Below are positions 7,507 to 15,693 of a DNA stretch of 51,419 bases, in pieces (the first letter of the stretch is position 1; every line of letters begins with the position of its first letter). Origin of the DNA: a virus (lineage: Duplodnaviria > Caudoviricetes); IMG/VR virus record IMGVR_UViG_3300005301_000012, positions 1 through 51,419 of that record, one strand, 5' to 3'. The position numbers and the translations under genes were made by a program. The notes under the pieces are model-generated. The model did not search any database and was not told the origin of the DNA. It was given only the letters and a program-made list of their open reading frames with translations.

Positions 7507-9609
7507 TCAAGGCCTCGTGGTTGGGAAGGGCCACGCCGCGGCCGGGTCGAGCGGTACCGCGCGCTTGCCCTTGGCCGACTTGTTGGCGGTTGTCTTGCCT
7601 TCGCCTGCCGGATTGGCCGGCGTAAAGCCCGGTTCGGCACGTATTGGTGACTTTCGGACGGCAGCTTTCTTCGCGGCCGGTGCAGTCTTCTCCTTCGCCG
7701 CGGCCTTGGACTTGGCCACCTTCGCTGCCGGCGGCGTTTTCGGACGCAGCAGGGCAGGCAGCCAGCCGGTATCGGTGAGCAGTTCCTCGGCTTTCTGTGC
7801 GAGCTCGGCCTTTTTCAACTTGTCGGCCTGCTTGATCGCGATCTCGCCGACACCAACGTCTTCGAGCGCTTCGATGATCACTGGCTTGGGCACTTGGGAC
7901 AGAAACGACTTGCGCGTCGGTTGCCACCAGTCGGCCATGTCGAGCCCGATTGTTTGTTCAACGTGCTCGAGAGGGCGCGAGTGATCGTTGCTCGTGGTGG
8001 TGTTGATGCAGGCCGCCGTGCAGAACGCGAGCAGATCGATCACATCGACGGCGCTCTTTGCAGACACGTACGCGAAAAGCTCTGTCGGATCCTCGGGCAA
8101 TTCGGCCTGCAGCTGCGCGCGGCGCTCAGTGAGTGCAGCCCACGCCTTGCTCTCTTCCATATCGTCCGCGCTCGACGTGAGGTTCGTGAGCTGCTCGGTA
8201 GCCACGATCGAGAGACCGCCGGATCCGTAGAAGCCGTTGTAGACCACTTTTGCGAGCAACGTCGCGCACAGCAGGTCGAGGGCCACGCGCGGCGCTTCGA
8301 GCAGGTGGGCAGACATGGCGGCCGACCGGTTCGCAGTGAGCTTGCGCAGCAGCGTGTCGCTGTACGTTGTCTTCTCCTCTTCGATAGCTTCGCCAGCGGC
8401 GGCACGCTTCTCTTTGTCGGCCTGGGCCTTCGCCTTTTCTTTGGCCGCGGCTACCTTAGGATCGATCAGGCCGCGATGAATCTCGAGACTTCCGTGATGG
8501 TTGATACCGATTACGGCGCCGGCGCTTTTTTTCTGGCGATCGGTGAAAGTCTCGACGCTCGCGCGTATCGCAGCGATACGGTCGACCGCTTTCTCGGCCT
8601 TGTGCTCGAGCTCGGCAATCTCACCGTCCGTGAGCTCGTCGTCGTTATCTGCCCGCAGGGCTTCGTTTGCCGCGTTGGCCGTTTCTTCGAGTGCGGCGAT
8701 CTCTGCCTTTTCGTCTGCGGTGAGTTCGCGCTTCTTCGGTTTGCTGCGGCCGAAGGCGTTCACATCGTTGAACCCAAGTTCCGGCACAACCTTGACGAAC
8801 GACCAGCCCTCGGCGCGCAACGATTCGGCGGCGGCTTCCAGTTTTTCGCTCGCCAGCTTCTGCAGGAGCGCCATATCAGTGATGTAGCCGCTATCAGGAC
8901 CGCCGAAAAGATCGCGCAGCACGTTGCCGCCGGCGGCTTCGTACGCATTGAGTCCGACGAACTTGGCGGTGCGAAGGCTCGTCGCATCCGTCTTGCCCTT
9001 GGTGAGTGCATGGCGAAGCGAGGACGCATGGCGGTAATACTGCGGCGCGCTGTGCCATACCTTGCACTGGAGGGCCTGGTCGTCGGTTAGCGTGAAGGCC
9101 TGCAGTTGCTCGAGGTTCATTCCGCCGTTGCGATAGATCTCGATGAGCTCGGGCGCCACCTTGGCCAACGACAGGCGGCGTTGCACCACCAGCGGAGTGC
9201 AACCGAACTGAGCAGCGATATCCTCGACCGGGGTGCCTTCCTCGAATAGCACCTTGAACGCGTAGAATTCGTCGGCCGGGTGCATCGGCTCGCGGCCGGT
9301 GTTCTCGGCGACGCTTGCAGCTAGTGCATGGTCCGGCGTCGTCAGCAGGCAAAAGACAGGGTGATCGGCCGGGAGCTTTCCGTTCTGCTCGAGCAGCTTG
9401 AATGCGCGATATCGCCGGCCACCGCCCACCACGCCTTTATCGTCATCCTCCGGAATGACGATCAGGTTCTGAAGTTGCCCTTGGGATTCCAACAGCGCGG
9501 CGAGTTCGGTCACATCGCTCTTGTCGTTCGCACGCGCGTTCAGCGGTGAGATATGAAGCTGCGAAAGTGGCACGGTGATCAGCCGCCCTTCGATAGTCTT
9601 TTTGGTCAT
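7507..9609 (-). CDS. Large ParB/RepB/Spo0J-family protein
   Basis: N-terminal VPLSQLHISPLNAR, GQLQNLIV, GGGRRYRA, ENTGREPMHPADE followed by an HTH. Confidence 0.9.
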   Translation of the reverse strand: MTKKTIEGRLITVPLSQLHISPLNARANDKSDVTELAALLESQGQLQNLIVIPEDDDKGVVGGGRRYRAFKLLEQNGKLPADHPVFCLLTTPDHALAASVAENTGREPMHPADEFYAFKVLFEEGTPVEDIAAQFGCTPLVVQRRLSLAKVAPELIEIYRNGGMNLEQLQAFTLTDDQALQCKVWHSAPQYYRHASSLRHALTKGKTDATSLRTAKFVGLNAYEAAGGNVLRDLFGGPDSGYITDMALLQKLASEKLEAAAESLRAEGWSFVKVVPELGFNDVNAFGRSKPKKRELTADEKAEIAALEETANAANEALRADNDDELTDGEIAELEHKAEKAVDRIAAIRASVETFTDRQKKSAGAVIGINHHGSLEIHRGLIDPKVAAAKEKAKAQADKEKRAAAGEAIEEEKTTYSDTLLRKLTANRSAAMSAHLLEAPRVALDLLCATLLAKVVYNGFYGSGGLSIVATEQLTNLTSSADDMEESKAWAALTERRAQLQAELPEDPTELFAYVSAKSAVDVIDLLAFCTAACINTTTSNDHSRPLEHVEQTIGLDMADWWQPTRKSFLSQVPKPVIIEALEDVGVGEIAIKQADKLKKAELAQKAEELLTDTGWLPALLRPKTPPAAKVAKSKAAAKEKTAPAAKKAAVRKSPIRAEPGFTPANPAGEGKTTANKSAKGKRAVPLDPAAAWPFPTTRP

Positions 9610-9618
9610 GGCGTTGGC

Positions 9619-10044
9619 TTAATGGGTGGTGTGGGGCGCGGCGTCGGCGCTGCTGAAGATCGCGCCGAGAATGCCGGCGAGCGCCGCGTTGCCGAGCGAA
9701 TTGGCTTGAACGGGCTGCGACTGGCGCTGACGGAGGAGATACAAGGCGCGGCGCCAGGCGTCATTGGACTGCGGGTCGTCCAGCCACATCGGCATCCAGT
9801 TGCCCGCACCATAGACCGCGTCATAGCGGCGCATGGCGGCGGCGCGCGTCGAATGGATCGGGTCTGCGATGTCCGGGTCATCCTCGCGCAGGATGTGCTC
9901 CGTACCCATGGCGAATTGACAATGCGGCGCGGTATAGCTGTCGAACTTAACGCAGCCGAGGCGCTGCCCATCCTCGCCGAGCGCCACGATGGACTGCAGG
10001 TGATCTGACGGCCGCGAATCGTTAAAAATGAAGATTGTCTTCAT
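9619..10044 (-). CDS. Hypothetical protein
   Basis: 141-aa ORF with AAGGGA RBS. Confidence 0.75.
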   Translation of the reverse strand: MKTIFIFNDSRPSDHLQSIVALGEDGQRLGCVKFDSYTAPHCQFAMGTEHILREDDPDIADPIHSTRAAAMRRYDAVYGAGNWMPMWLDDPQSNDAWRRALYLLRQRQSQPVQANSLGNAALAGILGAIFSSADAAPHTTH

Positions 10045-10210
10045 GGCGTTGGTCCCTTCGTTTTATGCGTCATGCGCCGGCGCTGGGCGGCGCGCACATG
10101 CGCGCGGGTGAGTCGATAAGCGTCTCGAAGCGAAATACTGTTTGCTTGCAGATCCGCGAGCAGTTGTCAGAGAGTCGGTGTGGGCCTGCGTCGCTGCATC
10201 AAAAATCCTG

Positions 10211-10237
10211 AAAAAACGGGCGCTGAAAGAGCCGCCC
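10211..10237 (-). terminator. Probable intrinsic terminator
   Basis: Minus strand GGGCG-10 nt-CGCCC-G-TTTTTT after the stop at 10260. Confidence 0.6.
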
Positions 10238-10259
10238 CCAAAGCTCGCCGTGCCGGGGG

Positions 10260-11138
10260 TTAGAGCCGACGAGAGACCACTGAAAAGTCATTGCGCAGTT
10301 CGACCAGCGTGAGCAGTGCGCGGAAGTGCCGGGCGCCCAAGTCGACGGTGCAGTTTTCGGTCTGGATGGTGATATCGCCATCGGGCCAGGAAAGCAGCTG
10401 CACGTCGCCGACGAAGACCACGAAGTCAGGTTTGCGGCCACTTGGTGCCGCAGGTGTCACGGCGGGGCCCGGCGAGCGTGTCGGGAGCGGAGGCGGCTCG
10501 CTTTGGGTCGACGACGGCTCTGGCTCCGTTTCAGCCGGTTGGCGCATTGCGGCGATCGCGGCCGCGGCTTCGCTTGCCGGCACCGGGAGATTCGCCGGCG
10601 CGGCGGGCGCCGCTGGTTCCGGGTCAGGATGCGCTGCAGCCGACTTTGCCTTCTTGCGACCGCCCACGATCGCGGTGGCCGCTTCGAAATGAGAGACAGC
10701 GGGAGGCGCGGCGTTCGCCCAGGGCGCCGACCCCGCGGTACCGCTAGACGCCGCAGGCAGCGAGTAGATCCCGCGATCTCGTGCGAGCCGTCCGTCGGTA
10801 ACCGCCTTTGAAACATATGGATTGATGCCGGCGGCCGGATTGAGACCAAACGCCACGCACAGGTCATGGCTCGACGTCGGCCCGTGCTGAGTCACATAGG
10901 CGATCACGCGATCAGCCCATCTGAGGGGCTTGCCGCTCTGTTCGCCGCCGGAGCGTTCGCCCTTAAAAAGCGGATTCGACCACGCACTCGCCGGCATCCC
11001 CGTCGGGGGAATGCCGCCGACGTCAGCATCGGTAACGACAGGCTTCGGACGCGCCGTCGGTTCGGCCGACGTGATCGCGACTGACTCGCCGGCGGTTGGG
11101 AACATGTTGGGATGAGCCACATTTTTCATGGTTGTCAT
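10260..11138 (-). CDS. Pro/Ala-rich protein with possible winged-helix segment
   Basis: RVIAYVTQHGPTSSHDL...DGRLARDRGIYSLP segment flanked by low-complexity linkers. Confidence 0.7.
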   Translation of the reverse strand: MTTMKNVAHPNMFPTAGESVAITSAEPTARPKPVVTDADVGGIPPTGMPASAWSNPLFKGERSGGEQSGKPLRWADRVIAYVTQHGPTSSHDLCVAFGLNPAAGINPYVSKAVTDGRLARDRGIYSLPAASSGTAGSAPWANAAPPAVSHFEAATAIVGGRKKAKSAAAHPDPEPAAPAAPANLPVPASEAAAAIAAMRQPAETEPEPSSTQSEPPPLPTRSPGPAVTPAAPSGRKPDFVVFVGDVQLLSWPDGDITIQTENCTVDLGARHFRALLTLVELRNDFSVVSRRL

Positions 11139-11884
11139 CCGATGTGCGCCGCAGCGCCATGCTTGGGAAAGAAGCGCGTGGCGCGCGCCACCATCGTGTC
11201 GAGCTCGAGCACCGCCTGCTCACCAGCGGCATGCGCATCGGTGTAAAGCGCCGGCAACGCCGCTTCAAAACTTTCGCGCACTTCGTCGCGCGTCGCGCAG
11301 CGATCGCCGAGATACCAGAAGACCTGCTCAGCGTCGCCCATATGCACCCAGGCCGCATCGCCGTCAGGTAGGACCTCGTAAGCGCGCGTGACCCAAACCA
11401 TCATCACGCCACCGCGGCGATGCGAGAGTTCTTTGGCGCGAAACTTCGCGCAGTCCTGATGGGTAGGCGGGATCACGCATCGACGGCCGACAGCAGCCAC
11501 CGGACGCAAGACGAACGCCTTGTACTGACCGAGCGGTTCGCCGCAGATCGCGCAGCGCTTGTAGTAGTGGCTCGCCGCGAGATCCATCACCGGATTCATA
11601 CCGAGCGATTCAGGCAGCGGACCGCCCTGATGCGCGGTTACCATGCTCCGAAGGCGCACGGGAAGCGCAGACAGACCGTTTTGAAGAAGCATGCTCATTG
11701 CGCTTCCTATGCCGGAGGCGCGCCGCGATCGCGCCTCCGGACGAGCCCGATCATCGTTCGCGGGGGCGGGCAGGGGTTGGTCGGATTCGAAGGCGCGATC
11801 AAAGCGACCAGCGACGGTCGTAAGCGTCCAGGCGACGGATCCGCCGGCGACGAGGATCGAACCGATATAGCCGAGTGTGTTCAC
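11135..11884 (-). CDS. Cys/His-motif phage protein; may be two fused genes (internal start at 11698)
   Basis: CAICGEPLG...PPTHQDC motif; N-terminal hydrophobic segment from GTG 11884. Confidence 0.65.
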   Translation of the reverse strand: MNTLGYIGSILVAGGSVAWTLTTVAGRFDRAFESDQPLPAPANDDRARPEARSRRASGIGSAMSMLLQNGLSALPVRLRSMVTAHQGGPLPESLGMNPVMDLAASHYYKRCAICGEPLGQYKAFVLRPVAAVGRRCVIPPTHQDCAKFRAKELSHRRGGVMMVWVTRAYEVLPDGDAAWVHMGDAEQVFWYLGDRCATRDEVRESFEAALPALYTDAHAAGEQAVLELDTMVARATRFFPKHGAAAHIG

Positions 11885-12138
11885 GATTCGGGACCCTCTT
11901 CGGAGATGAGATTGACGCCCTTCGAGGCGGCCGTTTGCTCGACAAATTCCTTGAACGTCTGCAGGTTGGCGAGCATTTCGCGCAGGGTGGTTTCGGACGG
12001 CCCGAGCTCTAGCGCGCGCTCGACGGCGTGAATGGCGCCGCGTTGCACGAGGTGCTGGGCGATCAGCGTTTGGGCATCCATCTGCAGGATTCCGGCGTGC
12101 GCGCTGTCCCAATCGGTGATGTTCTCGATCGCGGCCAT
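11881..12138 (-). CDS. Hypothetical protein
   Basis: MAAIENITDW; GAGGA RBS; coupled to neighbours. Confidence 0.7.
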   Translation of the reverse strand: MAAIENITDWDSAHAGILQMDAQTLIAQHLVQRGAIHAVERALELGPSETTLREMLANLQTFKEFVEQTAASKGVNLISEEGPES

Positions 12139-12139
12139 G

Positions 12140-12406
12140 TCAGTCCTCGTCGATGTCGTTTGCAGCACGGCGCTTGATATCGACGCATTGGTCGTCGAAA
12201 CCGAGTGAGGGCTGGGTGCCGAACTGGCGGCGCGGTTGCGAGGCGCGGCGCGTACGCGGGCTCGGATGGAGCTGCGCACGCACGGCTGCCTGAACGGCGG
12301 CGCGTTGAGCGGGATTGGCGATCGCGGCATCGGGGTCGCCATCGACGAGCTGCGGCGCGGCGCGCATGAGCAGTTCGTCAGGGAGTCGGGCGGGAGTGGG
12401 TCGCAT
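12140..12406 (-). CDS. Hypothetical protein
   Basis: MRPTPARLPDELL...DIKRRAANDIDED; GAGGT RBS. Confidence 0.7.
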   Translation of the reverse strand: MRPTPARLPDELLMRAAPQLVDGDPDAAIANPAQRAAVQAAVRAQLHPSPRTRRASQPRRQFGTQPSLGFDDQCVDIKRRAANDIDED

Positions 12407-12414
12407 GGCTGACC

Positions 12415-12615
12415 TCACAGGCACCGAGTGAACGAGCACGACGTATCGCCGGCGTCGGCGCGATCCTCGTATTGCTGCCAGCCCACATAGAGGAGGCAAA
12501 GGAAGATCACGCCCATTACGGCGAGCACATTGCGGGCGATCCGGAAAGCCGACTTCACAGCGCGAGCGCCGCGCCGGGTATTGCCGGTGGGTGTTGCTGA
12601 CTGTTGGTGGGCCAT
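12415..12615 (-). CDS. Small single-pass membrane protein, first gene of the leftward operon
   Basis: Hydrophobic VLAVMGVIFLCLLYVGW; GGAG RBS. Confidence 0.7.
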   Translation of the reverse strand: MAHQQSATPTGNTRRGARAVKSAFRIARNVLAVMGVIFLCLLYVGWQQYEDRADAGDTSCSFTRCL

Positions 12616-12648
12616 CCTTCGCTCCGGTGTAGGTCCGTGTTGGAGCGA

Positions 12649-12692
12649 ATATTAGGCAATGCCATATCTTTTGTAAAGAGGCAATGCCATAT
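12649..12692 (-). promoter_or_regulatory. PL-like promoter with two operators
   Basis: -35 TTTACA (12672-12677), 17 bp, -10 TAATAT (12649-12654); AGGCAATGCCATAT at 12654-12667 and 12679-12692. Confidence 0.8.
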
Positions 12693-12762
12693 TTTTTTGT
12701 CGAAAGTGCCTTATCGCAATATGGCGATCGTCAAAAGGTGAGGGGTGGAAGACTGCTGCGCC

Positions 12763-13026
12763 TTAGCCGGCGAGACCGGAGTGCACTTCGACGAGATGAC
12801 TTGAGACGGCGAGGACGAGCTTAAGAAGGCTGATCGCCTGCGTGCGGTTTACGACGAGTGGCCGGGACTCGATCCGGCCATCTTGGAAAATGTCGATGTG
12901 TAGGGATGTCGTGATGGTTTTGCGTTGCGCGCGGCGCACACGTATTTGCGCTCTCCGCGTGGCACGTCGGAAAGCATCGAGATCAACCACTCTTGCGGCG
13001 ATGTCCTCGGTTTGTCGATCGTCCAT
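12763..13026 (-). CDS. Small protein downstream of and overlapping the repressor
   Basis: 87-aa ORF MDDRQTEDIAARVVDLDAFRR; 44-nt overlap with the repressor 3' end. Confidence 0.65.
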   Translation of the reverse strand: MDDRQTEDIAARVVDLDAFRRATRRAQIRVRRAQRKTITTSLHIDIFQDGRIESRPLVVNRTQAISLLKLVLAVSSHLVEVHSGLAG

Positions 13027-13591
13027 CCTTGTTAACCCCTCGGTCGGGTGCGAGTCCGAGGTCCGTTAGTGCGTCCTCGACCTCTTTGTCGGATGGTAAT
13101 TCTGCGTCCGCTACAACTTCTTCAATTCGCTGAGAAGCGCCCGAAACCGCTTTCTGTGCATCGCGTAGCGATGTAAGGATTGTGTGTATGGCAAGAAGCT
13201 TTTCGGTCGGAACGCCTGCGGCGTCCGCCTCCATTGCAGCGCGCGCAATCAATGCGACAGCATTTGAGAACGGTGAGTCCCCCATCTTGCCGTGAGCAAA
13301 TCGACTGAGCTCGATGTATTGGGCATTTTTGATCAGGCCGGCATAGGTTCCGGTCTTCCCGCCCCCCGTTGCCATGGCAATGTATTCGAGGCCCCAATAG
13401 CTCGGATCCGCGACGTCACTAAAGTACGCGATTAGGTCCGTGATGCGGCCCTTGGCTATGCGGCCATACTTGATCCAATCCTGAACGGACGCTGGTTTGA
13501 CGCCCATAGCGTCAGCAAACGCCTTCTTCGAGACGCCTTTTCGTTCGATGGCGCGCGCGATGGCGGCGCCTAATTCTGTACCGGTAAGCAT
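12983..13591 (-). CDS. CI-like repressor (XRE HTH), no S24 peptidase domain recognisable
   Basis: HTH SKKAFADAMGVKPASVQDWIKYGRI; divergent from Cro. Confidence 0.88.
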   Translation of the reverse strand: MLTGTELGAAIARAIERKGVSKKAFADAMGVKPASVQDWIKYGRIAKGRITDLIAYFSDVADPSYWGLEYIAMATGGGKTGTYAGLIKNAQYIELSRFAHGKMGDSPFSNAVALIARAAMEADAAGVPTEKLLAIHTILTSLRDAQKAVSGASQRIEEVVADAELPSDKEVEDALTDLGLAPDRGVNKDGRSTNRGHRRKSG

Positions 13592-13666
13592 TGCCTAATT
13601 TGACCCGTACATGGGCACATGCGGCAATGCCTTGCAAAGATGAGGCAATGCCATATAATGCGCCTC
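13585..13666 (+). promoter_or_regulatory. PR-like promoter with three operators
   Basis: -35 TTGCAA (13632-13637), -10 TATAAT (13654-13659); GGCAATGCC at 13623-13631 and 13644-13652; AAGCATTGCCTA over the repressor start. Confidence 0.82.
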
Positions 13667-13927
13667 ATGAGTGATACCTCTTCTGACGCTGTCCTGCGGG
13701 CCAGCAAATTCTTGGGCGGGAACGCGGCGCTTGCGCGTGCGATCGGCGTCAAGCCTCCGACTGTTCAGCAATGGGTGAATGGCGAGCGCCCCGTTCCACC
13801 GAACCGATGTGTAGCGATCGAACGCCTCACATCCGGAACAGTCACGCGCAAACATCTGCGGCCCGACGATTGGTCCGAGTACTGGCCCGAACTCGCGCTT
13901 CCAGTCCGTCAAGAGGAGGGCGTCTGA
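13667..13927 (+). CDS. Cro-like (YdaS-type) regulator
   Basis: GGNAALARAIGVKPPTVQQWVNGERPVP..RCVAIERLTSGTVTRKHLRPDDW..YWPEL. Confidence 0.9.
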   Translation: MSDTSSDAVLRASKFLGGNAALARAIGVKPPTVQQWVNGERPVPPNRCVAIERLTSGTVTRKHLRPDDWSEYWPELALPVRQEEGV

Positions 13928-13928
13928 C

Positions 13929-14345
13929 ATGCGTCGTATCCGATCGATGTTGATCCCGGTACGTGGGCAGATCCACAAGCGAACCGAGGCGCGCCCGGAT
14001 TGGGAGGAAGTGCTCGAGCAGCGCGCGCGCGAAATCAAAGCGTTTCGAGAGGCCGGGCTCCAGTTCCCGGATCTGGCTCGTGGCGCGCGCATTCCGACGC
14101 TGTATCCGGGCGAGCAGGTTCCGAAGACTCTCGAAACACTCCGCTGCGAAGCGCAATGGAGGGCGTTTTTTGCGGACGTCAGCTTGCCGGTGGCTCCAGA
14201 AACTGGAGCCACTCGTCCTGAAAGAACTCGAACGCTGCGATCGACAGGTCGCTCGTTTTGCTCCCGAGTGATCGCGCGACTGCGCCCTCGGAAAAGTGCC
14301 GAAACGCATCCGACACCGCCTGAAGATCTGGATGCGTCGCGATGA
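13929..14345 (+). CDS. Hypothetical protein; 3' part overlaps an antisense gene
   Basis: GAGGAGG RBS; starts 1 nt after the Cro stop. Confidence 0.5.
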   Translation: MRRIRSMLIPVRGQIHKRTEARPDWEEVLEQRAREIKAFREAGLQFPDLARGARIPTLYPGEQVPKTLETLRCEAQWRAFFADVSLPVAPETGATRPERTRTLRSTGRSFCSRVIARLRPRKSAETHPTPPEDLDASR

Positions 14346-14457
14346 GCGCTTTGAGCATGACGACATTTGATCGCCCAGCTGCTTCGCTCATGCGGACGCG
14401 TACCTCCAGCTCGTGCAGTCGTTTTTCGAAGTTCGTTTGTTCGTTCGGTTCGTTCAT
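14179..14457 (-). CDS. Antisense-oriented accessory protein between cro and the cII-like gene
   Basis: AAAGGA RBS; -10 TAGAAT at 14502-14507; helical protein MNEPNEQTNFEKRLHELE. Confidence 0.75.
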   Translation of the reverse strand: MNEPNEQTNFEKRLHELEVRVRMSEAAGRSNVVMLKALIATHPDLQAVSDAFRHFSEGAVARSLGSKTSDLSIAAFEFFQDEWLQFLEPPAS

Positions 14458-14647
14458 GAGGGTTCCTTTCCGTGAGGAAACGGTGCGTGTGGAAGCCACC
14501 GATTCTAAACGGGGTGTGAACCCTCACCAATTCTGTCGTGGGGCGCAGATGTGTGCGCCGGGCGGCGCGTGAGTTTTCGGGGATTTGCATGGTGTCCATG
14601 CAAAAAATTTTCGACGCCGGCCGACCGGTGTAGCAAGAGGTGTATCG

Positions 14648-15058
14648 ATGACATTTGACTATCACAGCGCCGCCCGGCGCCCGCGCGGACGGGCCATCCA
14701 CCCCCCGACGCCGACGCAATCCATGGACGCTCCGAAGTTGCGCTTCCTGCCCCGCGAGCAGGTCGAGGCGTGCGCCACATTCCGCGATGCCTGCGTGTTG
14801 GCATGGAAAAACCGTCAGTTTCCGGGCATGACCGAGACGTATCTCGCGTCGGTGTGTGACCTCACGCAGCAGCACGTCTCTGAGTACTTCCAGGCTGACG
14901 AGCGCGACGAGAAGGGCCGCAAGCGCCGTCAGTTGCCAGCCGACAAGGTCGGCGCCGTGCAGGAGCAACTCGGCAACTGTGCGATCGGCCAGTGGCTCGC
15001 TCGAGATATGGCGGTACGGCTCGTCGAGGAATTCTTCGCAGCGGAGAGCGTTCGGTGA
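14648..15058 (+). CDS. CII-position HTH regulator
   Basis: GAGGTG RBS; MTETYLASVCDLTQQHVSEYF HTH, GNCAIGQWL. Confidence 0.75.
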   Translation: MTFDYHSAARRPRGRAIHPPTPTQSMDAPKLRFLPREQVEACATFRDACVLAWKNRQFPGMTETYLASVCDLTQQHVSEYFQADERDEKGRKRRQLPADKVGAVQEQLGNCAIGQWLARDMAVRLVEEFFAAESVR

Positions 15059-15243
15059 CAGAAGTTGAGGCCGATCGGCTTACGAAAGAGGCGTTGCGTA
15101 CGGCGCGCGCCCGGGCAGGAGACAGCGAGTCGGCAACGAAATCCGAAGTCCTTCGGATGATGCGCAACGACGCGCAGCTGCAGGAGGCTTTCGCAGTGTT
15201 GGGCATTGCCCGGCTGCGGGACTCACAGGATTTGCGCCACTGA
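15055..15243 (+). CDS. Hypothetical protein
   Basis: GTG start overlapping the upstream stop; GGAG RBS. Confidence 0.65.
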   Translation: MTEVEADRLTKEALRTARARAGDSESATKSEVLRMMRNDAQLQEAFAVLGIARLRDSQDLRH

Positions 15244-15253
15244 TGGGGTTGTG

Positions 15254-15415
15254 ATGGATCTACACGAACTGATGAACGTGGTGCTTCGCGCATTTGTAAT
15301 TGCGCTGCTGCTTTGCGTGTTCATGCCGGGGCAGGGGCGTTTTCACATGCGTTTCAGCTTGGGCTTCGTCGCGTCGCTCGCCGGTGGCATTGGTTTTCTT
15401 CTCTGGGGTCACTGA
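15254..15415 (+). CDS. Small two-helix membrane protein
   Basis: Two hydrophobic segments; TGATG overlap with the next gene. Confidence 0.55.
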   Translation: MDLHELMNVVLRAFVIALLLCVFMPGQGRFHMRFSLGFVASLAGGIGFLLWGH

Positions 15416-15693
15416 TGTCTCACCACCTGACCAACCTCACCTGGGATATCGCCGAGGCGAGCAGCGACCTGAGTTCGCACGGCCTCATCGTACTGCTGCG
15501 TCTCGCGCATCTCAGCGTACAGAGCACTGGCGAATGCTCGGTGACCGTTCCGGAGCTCGCCGTGAAGTGCCGGATCTCGGATAGCGGCGTGCGTCGCCAG
15601 CTGAAGGTGCTCGAGGCGATGGGCTTCGTCATGCAATTCAGGGAAGGGCGTCGAACATGCTTCCGTATCAACGTGGCGCCGCGCAATGACTGA
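15415..15693 (+). CDS. Winged-helix protein resembling initiator N-terminal domains
   Basis: LIVLLRLAH...GECSVTVPELAVKCRISDSGVRRQLKVLEAMGFV. Confidence 0.8.
   Translation: MSHHLTNLTWDIAEASSDLSSHGLIVLLRLAHLSVQSTGECSVTVPELAVKCRISDSGVRRQLKVLEAMGFVMQFREGRRTCFRINVAPRND

Noticed and set aside
10138-10151. Possible LexA box CTGTTTGCTTGCAG
   Set aside because: Spacing is CTG-N8-CAG, not the required N10
10224-10233. boxA-like GCTCTTTC on the minus strand
   Set aside because: Lies in a terminator loop; no boxB or N-like gene recognised
13595-14968. 457-aa minus-strand ORF
   Set aside because: Shadow frame across cro, promoters and the cII-like gene; Arg/Ser-rich and not protein-like
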